From Girardia tigrina (taxonomy: Eukaryota): a stretch of 51,367 nt of DNA. A program made the translations under genes and the position numbers. The notes under the pieces are model-generated. The model was not told the DNA's origin, made no database searches, and saw nothing but the letters and a program-made list of their open reading frames with translations. Each line of letters starts with the position of its first letter. Positions within the stretch are counted from its first letter, which is position 1. The stretch is taken from NCBI GenBank assembly GCA_001938485.1, contig MQRK01250761.1, positions 1 to 51,367 of the forward strand. The letters run 5' to 3'. Shown piece after piece: positions 28,201 through 42,900 of this stretch.

Positions 28201-31200
28201 AATAAAACATTTGCCCATCCCTGATGTATATAATGTTATTTCTGTGGCTTGACTTCTGTTATCTAAAATGTTTCATATTCTCTAATTATAAATTGTGGTG
28301 AAATTTTCTCGGACTTCTTCAGCTATTACTCCATTCTTTCTGTTCTTGTATTGAAGATGGGAGACTTTAGGACCTCTACTAATTCGTGTAACTTTAATTT
28401 AAACTTTCTTTCAAATTACTAATTTGTATTTTATTTCCAGGTGAATAATTTATTTTGTCTTTAATATTTTCATTAATTTTAAGGGTCTCATTTAACGGAC
28501 CATTTGGGTTCCTTTGCTGATGAAGAGAAGAAAAGGAATAAAACTGTGTATTAATAATTACTTTATGATTGCACATACTAAATGTCAACAAAAGCTAAGG
28601 CCGCAATTGACAGAAGCACGGTAATTATGCACAAATGCTTATTAAAAAGCAGTGATGATTCTAAACTTCCTGTACCATGCCTTTCTGATTTCCATAAAAT
28701 TTCGATCCGACCGAGTGCGGATCATGCACTCTAAATTCTTCTGGGCGTTACATCAGATTGTATTTTTGAAAGAATATTAACTGATTATATGTAAAAAAAG
28801 TCAAAACTTGAAGCATTCTCTATAAATACTTTACAAAGTAATGGTATTTTTACAGGAGTCGACCAATTGGTCTTACAACAAATTGGTGTAAAATCAAAAC
28901 AAAACGTAACAATAACTGAAATTAAAATTGTACAAAAATCCGACAAAGAATAAAGTGTATTAATATTTCACATAATGAGCTACACCACAGAGAAAATCTA
29001 AAATTTGTATGCCAGTCATTTCATCATGCCAAGTCTGTATAACTGTTTCTAACATCTCTGCAGAATCAACATATTTTTTGCTTGCCGGTTGCTGCCCACT
29101 AGGAAATTTGTTAATTTTTAGTTCGTTTAGTGACTGCTCATGCTTTACGACAGTGATAAACTTCCAAGTAGCGAGATGATTACAGGTTACTTGGTAAAGA
29201 AAACCACGATACCATGCCTCAATAATTTTTTTTGTATTAGATGATCCTTCCAAAACATTTCGATGGCACTTTTACATCTTTATCTCAAAAGTTGGAGACT
29301 GTCGTCCTTGTCCTTGGATAGATCTTTCAATCCATAAATCTTCAAAGTAATCCAAATTTTTTTCGACTCTGGATACAATATGTTACTGTCACTCAACGTG
29401 TCAAATGCTTGTATCACCTTATGTGGGCGAACAAAAGCAAGAGCATGAAGATAACGCATCTTTAACGCAAAATTGGCATTTTGTTTGTATTGTTCCTTTA
29501 ATTCACTTCCTTGAATTTTTATCCATAGGCTCTGAGATAAGTGAAAGAAGCAGCATCTATGTAATACATTCGAAATTTCTTCAATAACATCACTCACTAA
29601 GGCTTGTTCAAAGTTTGTCATAACTGATACTACACTTATTTGTGCTATTAGCTCTTTAATTTTCTATAATAAACGAATGTAGGTGTTTTTCTTTTTGTCT
29701 ACGAGAAGTGCATAGACAAGTGGAATCGCAATTAAGTTTCTTACACAATGAAAAAGGCATAACTGTCCAAACAGATTGGGTACAGTCCTAAATGTTTCAT
29801 CGCCATACCAATCATTCGATTGTGCAAGTAATTGCAAGTTCCTTTGGGTGTCGAAAATTATAATACGATCATCACAAGGACCTGAATCATATGCAAAGAA
29901 CGGTTCTCCTCTTGCATTGTATAATTATTCGCAAAAACAATCTCATTCCTACTTACTGCAAGAGGAGGCCCAGCTTCTTCTCGAACTCGACTTGACATGT
30001 ACAAGGTGAAAGTATGGAAAGAGTCTTTCAGTCAAATGTGACGTCACATTAGCTTGAGAAGGTTTAAGGACAAATTAATTTACATTGAAGGAGCTAGCAG
30101 CATCTATTTCCGTGTTCATCATTCAAAAAGGTAACTTATACCCAAAATTCAAACAGTATTCTTGCTTCATTTCATATTTTAATTATCATTTCGCTGATCT
30201 CTAATATTCGTGTAATTTTCTCATACTTTTTAAAGATCTAAATATGTTTTAAGGTAAAAATATCTTTTTTATCTAAAAACATTTTAGTTTTCATAAGTTT
30301 TAAAACTTTTTTCTTTGCTCTTCAAAAATGTATTTAATATCAAACTTTATCCGAAAATTATCTTGTTGTAAAATGCTCTTTCCTGTCTTAATTTTTGAAT
30401 TATTTAAATCTCAAATTATCAGCCAAATAAAAATCAAGCACTTGCTCTTAGAAAGTTTTTGAAGGATGTTGAGAAGACGAAATGTCAGGGCGACTCTATC
30501 TAATTGGTAGAACAACTTTAATTATTTGATCCAGTATTAAAAGTTTATGCATTGTGTAACAAAATGATTTATGTTATCTCATAAAAGATGTTTCAAATTT
30601 TGACAAGGTATGCTGCTCATTTTAAGATCAAAGACCTAAGATATTTCTTTCCAGTGACTGGCAACAGACGTCATCCAACAAGTGAGTTCGTCTACATCTA
30701 ACAGCTCTTTGTTTTATTTGTGGTTGGGGGATATATAACTTTTCGTATGCTCTTAAACATTTTTCTATGTGATTCAATTTTGAGAACGGACGAAATCCTC
30801 CAGTTTAACTTTAGTTAAATCATCTTTCTATTCTTTCTTCTGTGTTGGCTTTAAATGTTGTTCATGTCCTAAATGATTTATTGGTGAAGCATAAATGTAC
30901 CTCCTGAAAGACTTGTATTATTCGTTGTGTCATATTATTCCTGGTGTTAGTTGACTGATGGTATGAAACCAGAAGTAATATATATATATATATATATATC
31001 GTCGGTTCACGTTTTCCTTGTTGTTTGCTAACGGTAACTTGCTTCTTGTAAACATGTGCAATGCGCGATCTAATTTCTCGATTTTTTTCTAGTCCTCGAG
31101 GCCTCCGGAGAATACCAAGACTTCCGCAACAGTAAGTTCTATTCTTTTACTTGTAAATCATTAATTGTTGTTATTAGTAAAGTATTTGACAGAAAAGCTG

Positions 31201-33948
31201 GTAGCGGGTAAATTGATCTGTTAATTGCAGTTGAAAACACAAATGAGAGTTAATGTGCTATGCAACATTAACCCGTTTATAATAATAGATGCTCTCAATA
31301 ACACACTGCCGAAAATATGATGAGCTTTCGACAATTATAATCTTTATAATAACCCTTTGAACATATAGACCAGTTATATAATCGATACAGCTTCTCGGAT
31401 GAGGGATTCTATTCCAGCTGGGGGCACTCTTCTTCAAGATGTTGCTCAGTCATTTGTTTTACACGTTTTTGCACATGATCAATTTGGTGTTTGATTATGT
31501 TAAGATGCTTCAGGTGCTTGGGGATCACTTTTTAATATTTTATTTAAAGAATCTTATACGACATACACTTTGTTCTTCTCTTCTCTTGAGAATCAAATCT
31601 CTCTTATGGGAAACCTTCTCCATTCATGTTTCAATTATACTTTTCAAGTTGTGGACATTCTATGATCCGATCTTTCTGTAACTTATATTTGATTGTATTC
31701 TTCCTGTTCTTGGGGATATCATAGTTTTTTTTTCTTTTTGACTTAGTCATTCTGAGGCAAAAGTTCTTTCAAAAGATTAAGGTATTGACTTTAAGTGCTC
31801 TAATTTTTGAAGGATAATTTCTGTTTTTTGCTGTATAAATTAATTTTTCTGGCTCTTTTACATTCTTTTATCTATTTATATTTTCTTAGAATATATTATT
31901 GACTCTCTGTTTTTCGAAAGACCCTTCTCTACAACCCGATATTTCTAATTAAATATGTCAATGCTTTATAGCTCTAATAAACTTTTTTGAAAGTTTGGGA
32001 CCACCTAAAATGATAACAATTTTTTAATAATCAATAAATTGGTATAATTTCGATTAAATGTGGAATTTAAGTAAAGATCTCATCATCTATTGGTATATAT
32101 ATATATATATTTTCAGGATACACCTTCAAAAAAGGGAAACCCTCTAAATGTGTAGCGTTCTCATCCCCGATACTTCTAATAACTCACTTTGCTGGGTTCA
32201 ACAACGCAAATTAAAAACACCAGATTTTAGATAGTTTGATTAGTCTTTTGCTCCTGTAGTCTTGTCCATCAATTGATTGGAACATCTGAGCTGCGACGGT
32301 CTTTTATAAGAGTTTATTCCAACTCTTATCTGCATTTTCACAAAATATGTTCACTATCTTTTGATCGCTCAAACCTCGCTCAGATACGACAGCCTTTAAA
32401 GAGATTAATGTTGTCTTCAACCATAGTAACTGAACATTGTCCAGTGCACAAGGTTACATCACAGCTCAATGAAGCAAAACCTAAAATTAATTTTACCACA
32501 ACATTTGTAAAGGCCCTTCACTCGCGACCATAACATTTGTAAATATGGCGATGCATACTGTATCCAATAAGAGTCATTAGTCATCTTTAAATATTCTAAT
32601 TAATATCTTCAGATAAAGATGTATTGCGTATTTATTTGTTGCTGCAAAAGCTCTAGTAGCAACGGACAGCTATGCAAAATATGAAATTAAGTTCATTCTA
32701 ATGATGAAATCTTTGATGGGACATGATATTTCGCTTCTATGATTACCTTTCAAGATTGCTTGTCAGAGTATTTCCAAGCTGTGGGAAGTTAGGAAAATCT
32801 CTTATACCAGAAGATTATGCTTATTTTAAAGACATTTTAATGGAATATTATAGAAATTTTCTATTGATTTTATTATTTTGAGTCTGATACTATATTCCAT
32901 TATTTCGTTGATATCAACATCCTATGGTTTTAGATTGAAGTTGTCACCGTATTTTATTGTTCTGCGTTCTCTATTTCGTTTCAAACTGCATTTTCTGATA
33001 GTATTATTTACCATTTGAAAAGTTTTAATACTTTTGTAAGTAGCGTTTATGCCACTTTCATTATTATCAGATTCAATACTCGTAATTCAACACCAATTTT
33101 TTTATTAATGATAATAATTCACATATTTAAACAAATTTCTTTCTAATTCAATTATTTCGCCAAAAATTAATTTGTTAAATTTTTCTTCTGATTCAATTTT
33201 TAAAATTTAATGAATTTTAACACTTTAAAGTAATAAAACTTTTACAAAATTTTATCCTAAAACTAATTAATTTAAATTTAATAAGCCTTTTATTAAAAAA
33301 ATATTTCTTAAAATATTAAAGTTTAATCCGTTTATTATCTATTTTAAAATTATTTCATAACTTTTATTAAAATATATCAATTGTTATGACTGTAAACATA
33401 TTTTTATTTTAAATAAGTATTTACTTTTTAATATTTTCTTTTTTTTAATTTATAACTTTTGTATTTATTTGCTTTTTTTGAACTTTCAAAATGAAAAGAA
33501 TAATAAACTATTTTGGCAAAATGTAAATTTAAATTAACCCCTCATAAATTTAATTTTCACATTTGAAGTGCACTTTCTAACTATTACTGAATTGTGATTT
33601 TTTGCATTTGAAACTGGCCGATTTTGTCTATTATTCATATTCTTGGTCAAATTAAAAAATGCAAAAATCGAAATAAGATTACTTAGGAAAGTGAATTCTC
33701 AATATGAATGACGAATTCTTACACAAACCATACGAGGATAGCTGCCATGTAATTTGAACGTCCTTGCTTGAACGTCCAAAGTGATTTGTCAGCCATGTTA
33801 AAGAATTTACCATATTGATAGATTGATTATTGTTCTGTACCGTACAAATGTCCATAATTTGCGATTTATTCACAACTGTGGAGGTTTTTATGGCGACACG
33901 CATACTTGTGTTGATAAAAGAAAAGATTTATAAAAGGCGTCTTATTTG

Positions 33949-33991
<43 letters not shown>

Positions 33992-36900
33992 GCCCCAAAA
34001 ATGTTAACGCATCTAAAATAAAAATAATTGTTTTTTAGAAATTTGGTGCTTCTCATTTTATCATTGCATTTTTACTACATCTTAATTAACAAAAGTGGCC
34101 ACTAACTAAATTACTATTTTTTGCCAATTCAGTCCCTAACACCGGAATGACAGTCAGACTTAACTTCAAGCAAAGAAAATTTATTCTAAAATACAACTTG
34201 AAATATGAAAATCCAATTGTAGTGCAAAGACAAATCAGGAGGTAATTTTATAAAGAATCTTCACTCGAATTAGTAAGAAGTTTGAAGATGATGGAATTGT
34301 TCAAAATGTTTTTGAGCAGTGTTCTGGTATTCCACGAACATCAAAAAGCTCCACAAAAGACTTCTGGAAAGGTTTCAGCAAAGTCGAATAATGCCTGAAC
34401 GACAAGCTTCTCGTGAGGTAAGAATTTCAAAATCATCTGTTCATCGCGTTATGAAAGTTATTATTGGGAATGTTATGTTCGAAGATTAGTCCATCCTCTT
34501 AATTACGATAATCTAGACCCAAGAAAATACTATTTTGAGTGGTATTTAGCATAATGCCGGGATAAGCAGATTTTGATTAAAAATGTGTAGAGGGATGAGA
34601 CCATATTCATATTAAATAATTCCATTAAATGACACAATATTCCACTTGAGTCTACATGTTACTGTCGTCCGTCATGTCAATTAACAGTGAATAACAGTGT
34701 AGTCGATTTATCACTTACTTAAACCTGCTGCAGCAGCCTGGTATGCCAAGCATCAGGATATATTTGAAGAAAGAGAGTGTTATTTTCAGCAAGATGGTGC
34801 ACCTCCCCATTATCATCGCGATTTTTGGTCCTTCCATGATGAGCTCTTGTCAAACACACACTTCTAGATCTTTTCTTATGGGGATATCTAAAAGACAAAA
34901 GTAAACTCTAGGAAACATGCAACAGTCAATGAATTCAGAAAAGCGATTGAACATGAATGCGGCAAAATACCAAGGAAATCGTTTCATGATGTTAGGGATT
35001 CCATTGTCTTGCATTGCTAGCAGTATTTGGATCAAAATGGATTTCAGAGCAAGAGCACGAAGAAGACGAAAGCAATAGAGGAAGCTTGTAAATATTTCCA
35101 CACCTTTAAATCAACAAAATTCTAAAAAAGTGCTATTTTTACAATTATTTTTAATGTGTATACATTTTTGGGACAATCTCTGTATGTAAATAATACATTT
35201 AAAACAACGTATTAATGTATTTATAATGACAGGTCTAAAGGACTTGTGTGGTGAGAGATGCACAAAAATTAAATAAAACAGCGTCAATATTAGAAGGTTT
35301 GAATGTACTCAATTATATACATCGTTTTAATATTGCAGACAATGTCACATCGTTGAATATTACAATTGGGCCCCTCTAGTCATAAAATTAACCATTTGTA
35401 AAGGGATTCCAGGCTGACATGCGAATGAATCTTGTCACAATTTGTACTCATTTCGGAAGGAAAAGTTTTCTTTTGTATAATTGTAGTTGATGATTGACAA
35501 ACCACTGACCTCTTGTCTTGTGATTTAATGGTCAAACTAGTTGACCATCGGGTTTAGCATTGATGGAATGGACTGTTTGACATGACAATGCTTTCTGTAG
35601 CAAATGTTATGGGGTTATCAATCACCTTTAGGCGCACTTCTCGTTATGTATTACATAACATGAAAAGAATGTAGCGGAGCAAACAGGAACTGTACTGGTG
35701 GAAAGAGCGGACATTAGTGGTAAAAGGTTCGAAATGTAGTTTTCTTGAGTTCCTGGCTGCTTATGTCTACTTGTCTTTTAGTTTTGTGTGAAGAACGGTC
35801 TTAAGGACTTACGATTTATCTTTTCATTAAAAACTCAATCAGAGAACTGCACAAAAAATTTCGTGTCTGTTAAAATGTAAAACATTATTTGAAAAACATA
35901 AAATTTTTATTCTTAATTACACATTTCATTCCTCTTTGACTCTCCTTTTTGTAAGCAAGTTTCTATTAACACAAAATTGTGGTCGTTAAAATGATTAACG
36001 ATAGATGTAACATTTTAGGCAATCTCAAACTTTTGAACCGAAACGGTAGTTCTTAATATCTATTACTTCTAACACTGATTTCGTGAAATGTTTCTACTTC
36101 CATCGTGTTATTTTGATGTATATTTATATATGTGTAGAAATATAACATTTGCATTGATTTGTGTGTACCAAGTATGTTATATAACTAGAAATAATAGCTC
36201 TTCTCTCTTCTGCTTATTGCTTCTTGGAAGACAACCTTCTTTGCGACTTCTGATTGACAAAGTACTCCCAAGAGCCTGGAACAATCGCATCTTATTTGTA
36301 CAGATCTGCCTTAAGTATGAAAAAAAATATTTAACCAATACTCCAAATAGATTTGTTCGTTACATAAGCGAGATTCAAACATAAATTAGTTTCCGTTTTA
36401 AAATAAAATATAATTATAAGTAATGTTCCTCTTATAAGATTGAAAGATCATTTTCGTAGAAGGAGAAGGAGACTAATTTTGTGGAAGGAAAGAAGTCCCT
36501 TGTATCTCATGCTCGACTAATTTGTACTTGTTTATGAAGCAAAACGAATGCTTCTATAGAATAAAAAGATCAATTTCTATTGTTCTTGTGCCTTTCAATC
36601 TAAACATTCTGGAAGAACAACATGTTAATTATATTGGGCAATAATATATTCATATACTATTTTAGTATTAATTATTATTTTTTCTTAAATGCTCCTTTTT
36701 CATAATAAAATATCATTAACTTGCAACTACTACTAACAATATGCCATGCTACATCGCTATATATATACTGAATCTTGTGAACGCTGATTTGATATTTTGG
36801 AAGTATAGTTTTGTTAAATCTTTTTAAGAGATTGATTATTGAACATACTCACCAGTTTCATACTCCATTATCAGCAATTGTAATTTTATATTTGTCAGTT

Positions 36901-39900
36901 TTAATGTTAGTTTTAATGGAGCGATTTTTGTGATTATTTTAATAATTCTTGATATTATTAGATGATAATATCAATATGTTTTAAAATTAAATTTAAGATT
37001 TGAAACGTGTAAATTGCAAGCTAATCTGGTTAATAAATTGGGTTGTCACGGATGCGTACATTGTCAACGCATGCATATTTTCCGTAGTCAACTACGGTTT
37101 TGAAAGCTGGAGAACTGCAGAAAAGAACATTAAAAAGTTACAAGCCCTTCATAACCTATGCACACATACCATGGATATTATCGCCAGTAAAAGACTTACT
37201 TTCCACAGTAAGACGGAAACATCAGAGGAGTACGAGACAATCAAACGAATCTGGAGGGGAGAAATACAGATGTGGAAAAAGATTAGTGGGAGAAAGAAGC
37301 AATCAATCTCGGAATGCAGTGGTTAATTGGGGACGATGCGGTGTATGGAGATTTCGTGAACCACATCATTCACAGAGACCTACTGTATCGAGGGAAACAT
37401 ACATAAATTCTTTAATTCGATCAGGAAGACTCAATAAAACAAGAGCAACTGTACCGAAGCCTATCAACGAGAGAGAAAAACGTTACGAATTTCTAGTAGA
37501 AAGATGCTAATACAAGTAGTTTGTCGAAAAGAAGGAGCTCAACAGACACATCAAAAGGCACCATATGGCGTCCGCTTTCGCTTATCCTGATCAACCCAAC
37601 GAGACATAACAACAGCAATTGCCATTCCTATGTATCCTATGAAAAAAGTAATACAAAACGAAGGGGTGGCTGAGCAGGCACCTCAACATGGATTATAATT
37701 TAGAGAAGACAGAAGAAATTGGAGAACCGACAGTGACACCAGTACAACAAATAACACAGAAGAAAGGGTCGTAGAAAACTTCAACATTCCAGGCAACCAG
37801 ATTCAATCCGTAACTGAACCCCCGACTATCTCGACAGCGGTGGAGGAAGCGATAGATACTGAAGAAATACATCTAACTTTTAGGATTACAAATCTAACTG
37901 CAAGGAGAGAGTTCAGATGTCCTTTTCGCGGCAGTAGGAAGTCCACTAATACAGCCAAAGGTATGTAGAACCATGGATATACAACCCATGGGTGGTTGTT
38001 TCTTACGGGGAAGCCGAAATGATCTCGGAGACCGAAATTTTCCGACCACGTAGAGGCCTATCGGGGGGCTGCTAGTGATTCTTTAGTTTGGGTGAACCTA
38101 TTAAGAGCCTAGAGGCTCAATATCATTCGAAAGAGATGGGATGCCAACATTGGAGAAATAAATCGTCATCTCTAAACCCGGATTAGTGAGCATTCACAAT
38201 CAAGTCGATCTAGTAAGGTTCCTGATCATTGATTACATTGTAAGAATAGAATCCCTTCTATTTAAAAGGATGAGTTTTCTGTTTTACAGAAGATCTTTGA
38301 TTCACATTATGGGAGACAGTTCTGTGAATCATTATTCATAAGACACAATTACTAATTAATTAATTTCCAGAATAGAAAAAGCAAAGCCGATTTCTATCTT
38401 GAAATCTTAAATTAAATAATAAATAATTTTGCTATTAATATTCAATAAAATCCTGAAAAATTTAATAATTACTGACCAAATCTCCCGCTAACATTGCATT
38501 ATCCTACACATTGCATTATAATTGCTAATGAAACATGTGCAATAATCAATTCCCTAAAATATCTTTAACAATTTTTTTTTCAAAAATGTCAAATTAAGGG
38601 TCTCAAGACTCAATAATATAAATATATAAATACATAAAATAGTTGTTTGGAATTGCTAATTTAAGGATCATTTCCTCGTGTTCGGCATGGAGAACGCTAA
38701 TTATTCGATGAATCTCCCATTCATTTATTTTGGTATTATTGTCTGTTATCCACTTTTAGATAAAGATTAATTATTAATAAAAAGTTCCATTAATTATTTC
38801 TAACATTTTAATATTTGTTGTTATCAAACCTAAACAATCTTCTCCGAGCTTGGACCCCTATCAACCTGTACTTAGTCGTCCCAATGAAACTTTCTCCGGC
38901 TAGAAGAAAACATTTCTTCCTTCTATCTCATTTCAGTTGTGAATATTCTTCTTTTTTTATCTTTATTTTTTACTTTTATTATCTATTATTTAATATTCCG
39001 TTTAAATTTAACTAAACATTGTCAATGTATCTTACATTACATTTTTAGTTCTAAAAGACAAATCGCGGCCGCTTTTATAAATATGGGTCTGCAGAAAGTA
39101 TGAGTCTTTCAATCAGGGTATTATACTCTTATGGAATTAATATTATTTTCTAACGAGTTCTTGACACAAACTTTATTAAATTACAAAATTAATATTGAGA
39201 TAAAGTATTATCATTTATTGTTAAAGGCGCGGAAAGAAAGAATAGTAAATTATATTAATCAAAGAGTTCCCTGGGTCTAGATGTGTACCAATATGCTCAT
39301 TAAAGATCCTTGTGTCTTGTAAACAAGTATGGTAACTGTCCTTTACCTGGTACCTTCTCCAAGATTTTATTCAATATTAGAATGGCTAACATGATCTTTT
39401 CTCTCTTGAGACCTTGCTCTTGTATACACATGATTGTTGATGCGTACCGTCCCATAACATGACAACATTTCTGTCGTCTTCCTCTGTGATATTTCCTCTC
39501 ACTTCCTTCGTTCATGCGAAAGTCTTGTGACGTTTCTTGTTCTTTTTATCATATGCTAATTATTGTTAAATCTATTTTTAAATATAAGTATTATTTCTTT
39601 TAAAATTCTCTTATCAGAAAATGTCTCCGAATGGATCACCTTGAATATATTGCCAAAATGAGATTTATTTTAATGTATCGTGAAATTGATGATACCTCAT
39701 TCTATATTATGGGGTGGATGGACCCCTTGTGGTCCAGAAATATCATTTAGTTTCTTGCTTGTGTGAAAATTGCGCTTGTTAGTAGAGCATCATCAGTAAA
39801 TGATATCATATAAATTGATCTACTTGTGGTCGTTGTCCTCTATCATTTATATCAATGGACGGACATGAGCGAATCCAGAGTTGTCCATATGGATGCCCTA

Positions 39901-42900
39901 TTGCAAAACACGGAATAAGTAGATTTTGTTCAATAGTAGCAATTGTAAAATGCATCACTAAAGAATATGTTCTTCGTTTATTTGTTTTAGATCTGTATGC
40001 AAAAGTATTTGAAAACTCTTAAATATTCTGGTCTAAAAGAAGCAAAGTAAAATCTACAAGGTTGAGTTTCATGTTCATATGTTTGTACTCTATATTGCTA
40101 TCTTTCTCAGATATTTGCATCACTGTGAATTAATCTTTGATCATTACTAACTATTAACAATAATAATTATTATCATCATGTGTATATCATAATTGCATTC
40201 CGTTTTAGTTAATCGCGCCAAATCCGACGCTAACAGTAAGAAAATATTAGTTAAAAAACTAGCAAACGACTGGGAAGACAGCCAAAACTTTAAAGAGTAA
40301 GTTTTTGTGATGAGATCAAGTGTACTTTATATATATATATATAAAGTATAAAAAATATATAAAAAAATATAAAAAATATATATATATATATGTGTGTGTA
40401 TGTACTTGTGAGTATGTGTATCTTGAAAAAGTAGAGAAGATTAAATAAATTTGTTACTGATAAATATATAGAAGGATGAGCGCAGTGAATAAGATAAAAG
40501 AATGGAATCAATAGAGAATAGAATGTTTAAATGTATGCAAGTGAGAAATATTCGAAGATCGAGGCATTAGAGAAGGGTTAGAGGTGAAAAATCCGAATGA
40601 ATTCTGTAAAGCAAAAGAATCGAATTTGTGTTTTATTTCGTTCTTCCTAAAGCGTCTGTAAGCAAATGGAAAGAAGTAAAACTCAGAAATTAGAACTCTT
40701 AGTACCACTGCGCTCATACACCAATATCTTTACAAGGGTATTTATCTCTGAATCTCTAATGTCATGAAAGCTAATTATAGTTGCTATAATAATAATTTAC
40801 TATGCTTATTTTGCAATTTTCTCTTGATTTAAGTAAGAACTGTTGTATCTTAAAGGGTGTACAAATGTTTTCGTGTTTACTACTGGAGAGAATGTCTCTT
40901 TCAGCAGTTGATATGCAGTAACAACTAAGTACATCAATTTATTTTAGGTATCAGACTCCTCAACTAAAACGTTATATCTGGTGTTTATCTGCGTAACAAT
41001 GGGAACCTCAAGTCATCGAAACATAAAATCATATTCATCTTTTTATAGCAGTGTTAAGCTAAGCAACCGTGTTTTCATATGAATCTGATGAATGTTATCA
41101 GCAAGGGACTCACGACTTTCAAAAGGATTGATATGTGCGATGACAAGATGGATAAGAATACTTGAACGAACTAGCCATCCTTCCTTGACATCCAGGAATC
41201 CTTGTTGAAGAATATAAGGGCATAATTATAAAATGTGTCAATACTATTTGACAGTTATTAATTAAGATTAAGGTCGTAGCCATACATATAGTCTATGTCA
41301 GTTAAATGATGTAAACATCTGCAACGTCAAACAAAGTTGAAAATGTTTAGAAAGGTTTCTGTCAGATATGACGTACAAAAATGTTTGTATCAAAACCAAG
41401 TTGTGGTTAATCTTTAAGGGATTAAAACACTAATAGGTCGTCAATATTTTGTGAATTATTTCGACCAAAAGACAGATTTACGTCGTTTCGTAATATTTTC
41501 AAGTAAAAATGTTTATTAGTGAGTATTAACCCTACAATGCGCAATTTTTTTTAAATATAAAAATATATGCAACACACGCGGCCAGTATTACAAACTGAAC
41601 TGTCATTTTTGTTGACAAAATATATTGCATCTATGACTTTATGGNCAGTTATCATTCCATAGACAATGTTTTTGGTTCACAGTATGTAAACACTCAAAGA
41701 ATATCACGTGATTAAAAGATATTGAGGTAAAATATGGTTGATTCAAATATGAATCACGGCGCATTGTAGGGTTAAGAACACCAACATGGGTTTTCAAACT
41801 TTTATTTTCAACACAGTCAGAATTGTCTTTTGGACAACTCTCAGCAAAACTCTCGTCATTCGACATCGTTCGAAATTGATAATTTTTTTGTTAATGTTTG
41901 CTAATAAATAATTATTCGAACAAATTTTTCATTATTTTCTAATTTTCTTTTTACATTTCAAATTTTGTAGTTTTAGTAATAATTTTTATTTACATATTAA
42001 TTTTATTTAAAAATTATTTTACGTAAAGAAAGAACATTTAATTAATTCAAAACTTAAATAAAAGTAATTATTTGATTTAAATTTTAATATGAAGATTTAA
42101 AAAGATTTAATATTTTTAATGTTTTTACATATCTTATGCTGTACTTTAAAATGCAAATTATACTCGAATAATTATTTATCGTGAACATCCAAAATAGCAA
42201 TTTTCCATCTGGGTGGGAGAAACACATTTCCAAATACTAAACTCAACTTACAAAATTCAACAAACCAAATTTAAAATATTCCTCACAGTGGGTTTTGTCA
42301 TGTTCCATCTGACATTATTTTTATTGTTACTCTTTTATTTGGACATTATTAGATATCTTGTAATGCAGTAGATGGTGATATTTTTATATTTATTTTATTT
42401 ATGATTTGTCAATTTTTATTTTGTGTTTTTATCATTGAGTATCTTTATGTGTATTTATTTATTTTTTGATCCTTTTTATTTTTTGTTATAAAAATCAAAG
42501 GAACGATAGAACGACAAAGAAAAGAATTATTTTTGTTTAACAAAAGAAAATATCAAAGATGTCAAGAATAAGAAAGAAGATTTAGTCAAGACGAATAAGT
42601 AAAGACAGCAGGTTATATTTCCCCACCTTTCCCAAATACAAATTATAATAATTTCATTGAATTTAAATTCTAATTTAAAATAATTATCGATTCGTAATTA
42701 ATAGTAATTACCGACAATAAAAATGATACTTTGTCTCCTGACAATATTTCATTAGACAAATTGCAATTACTGATTCTTATACTATTTTCCGGTTACCGAA
42801 ATTTTTTTATGTTATTCATTGTTGACCTTAGACTATTAGTCTTTAATACGACTGAAACTAACCGGTATTTGTCACATTGATTATATTACTAAGAAAATTT

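Noticed and set aside
39991-40046. Alternative bridging exon for ABCG2 ([10 protein letters not shown])
   Set aside because: In the required phase it hits TAA before any donor that gives the needed phase 2; kept only as a fallback.
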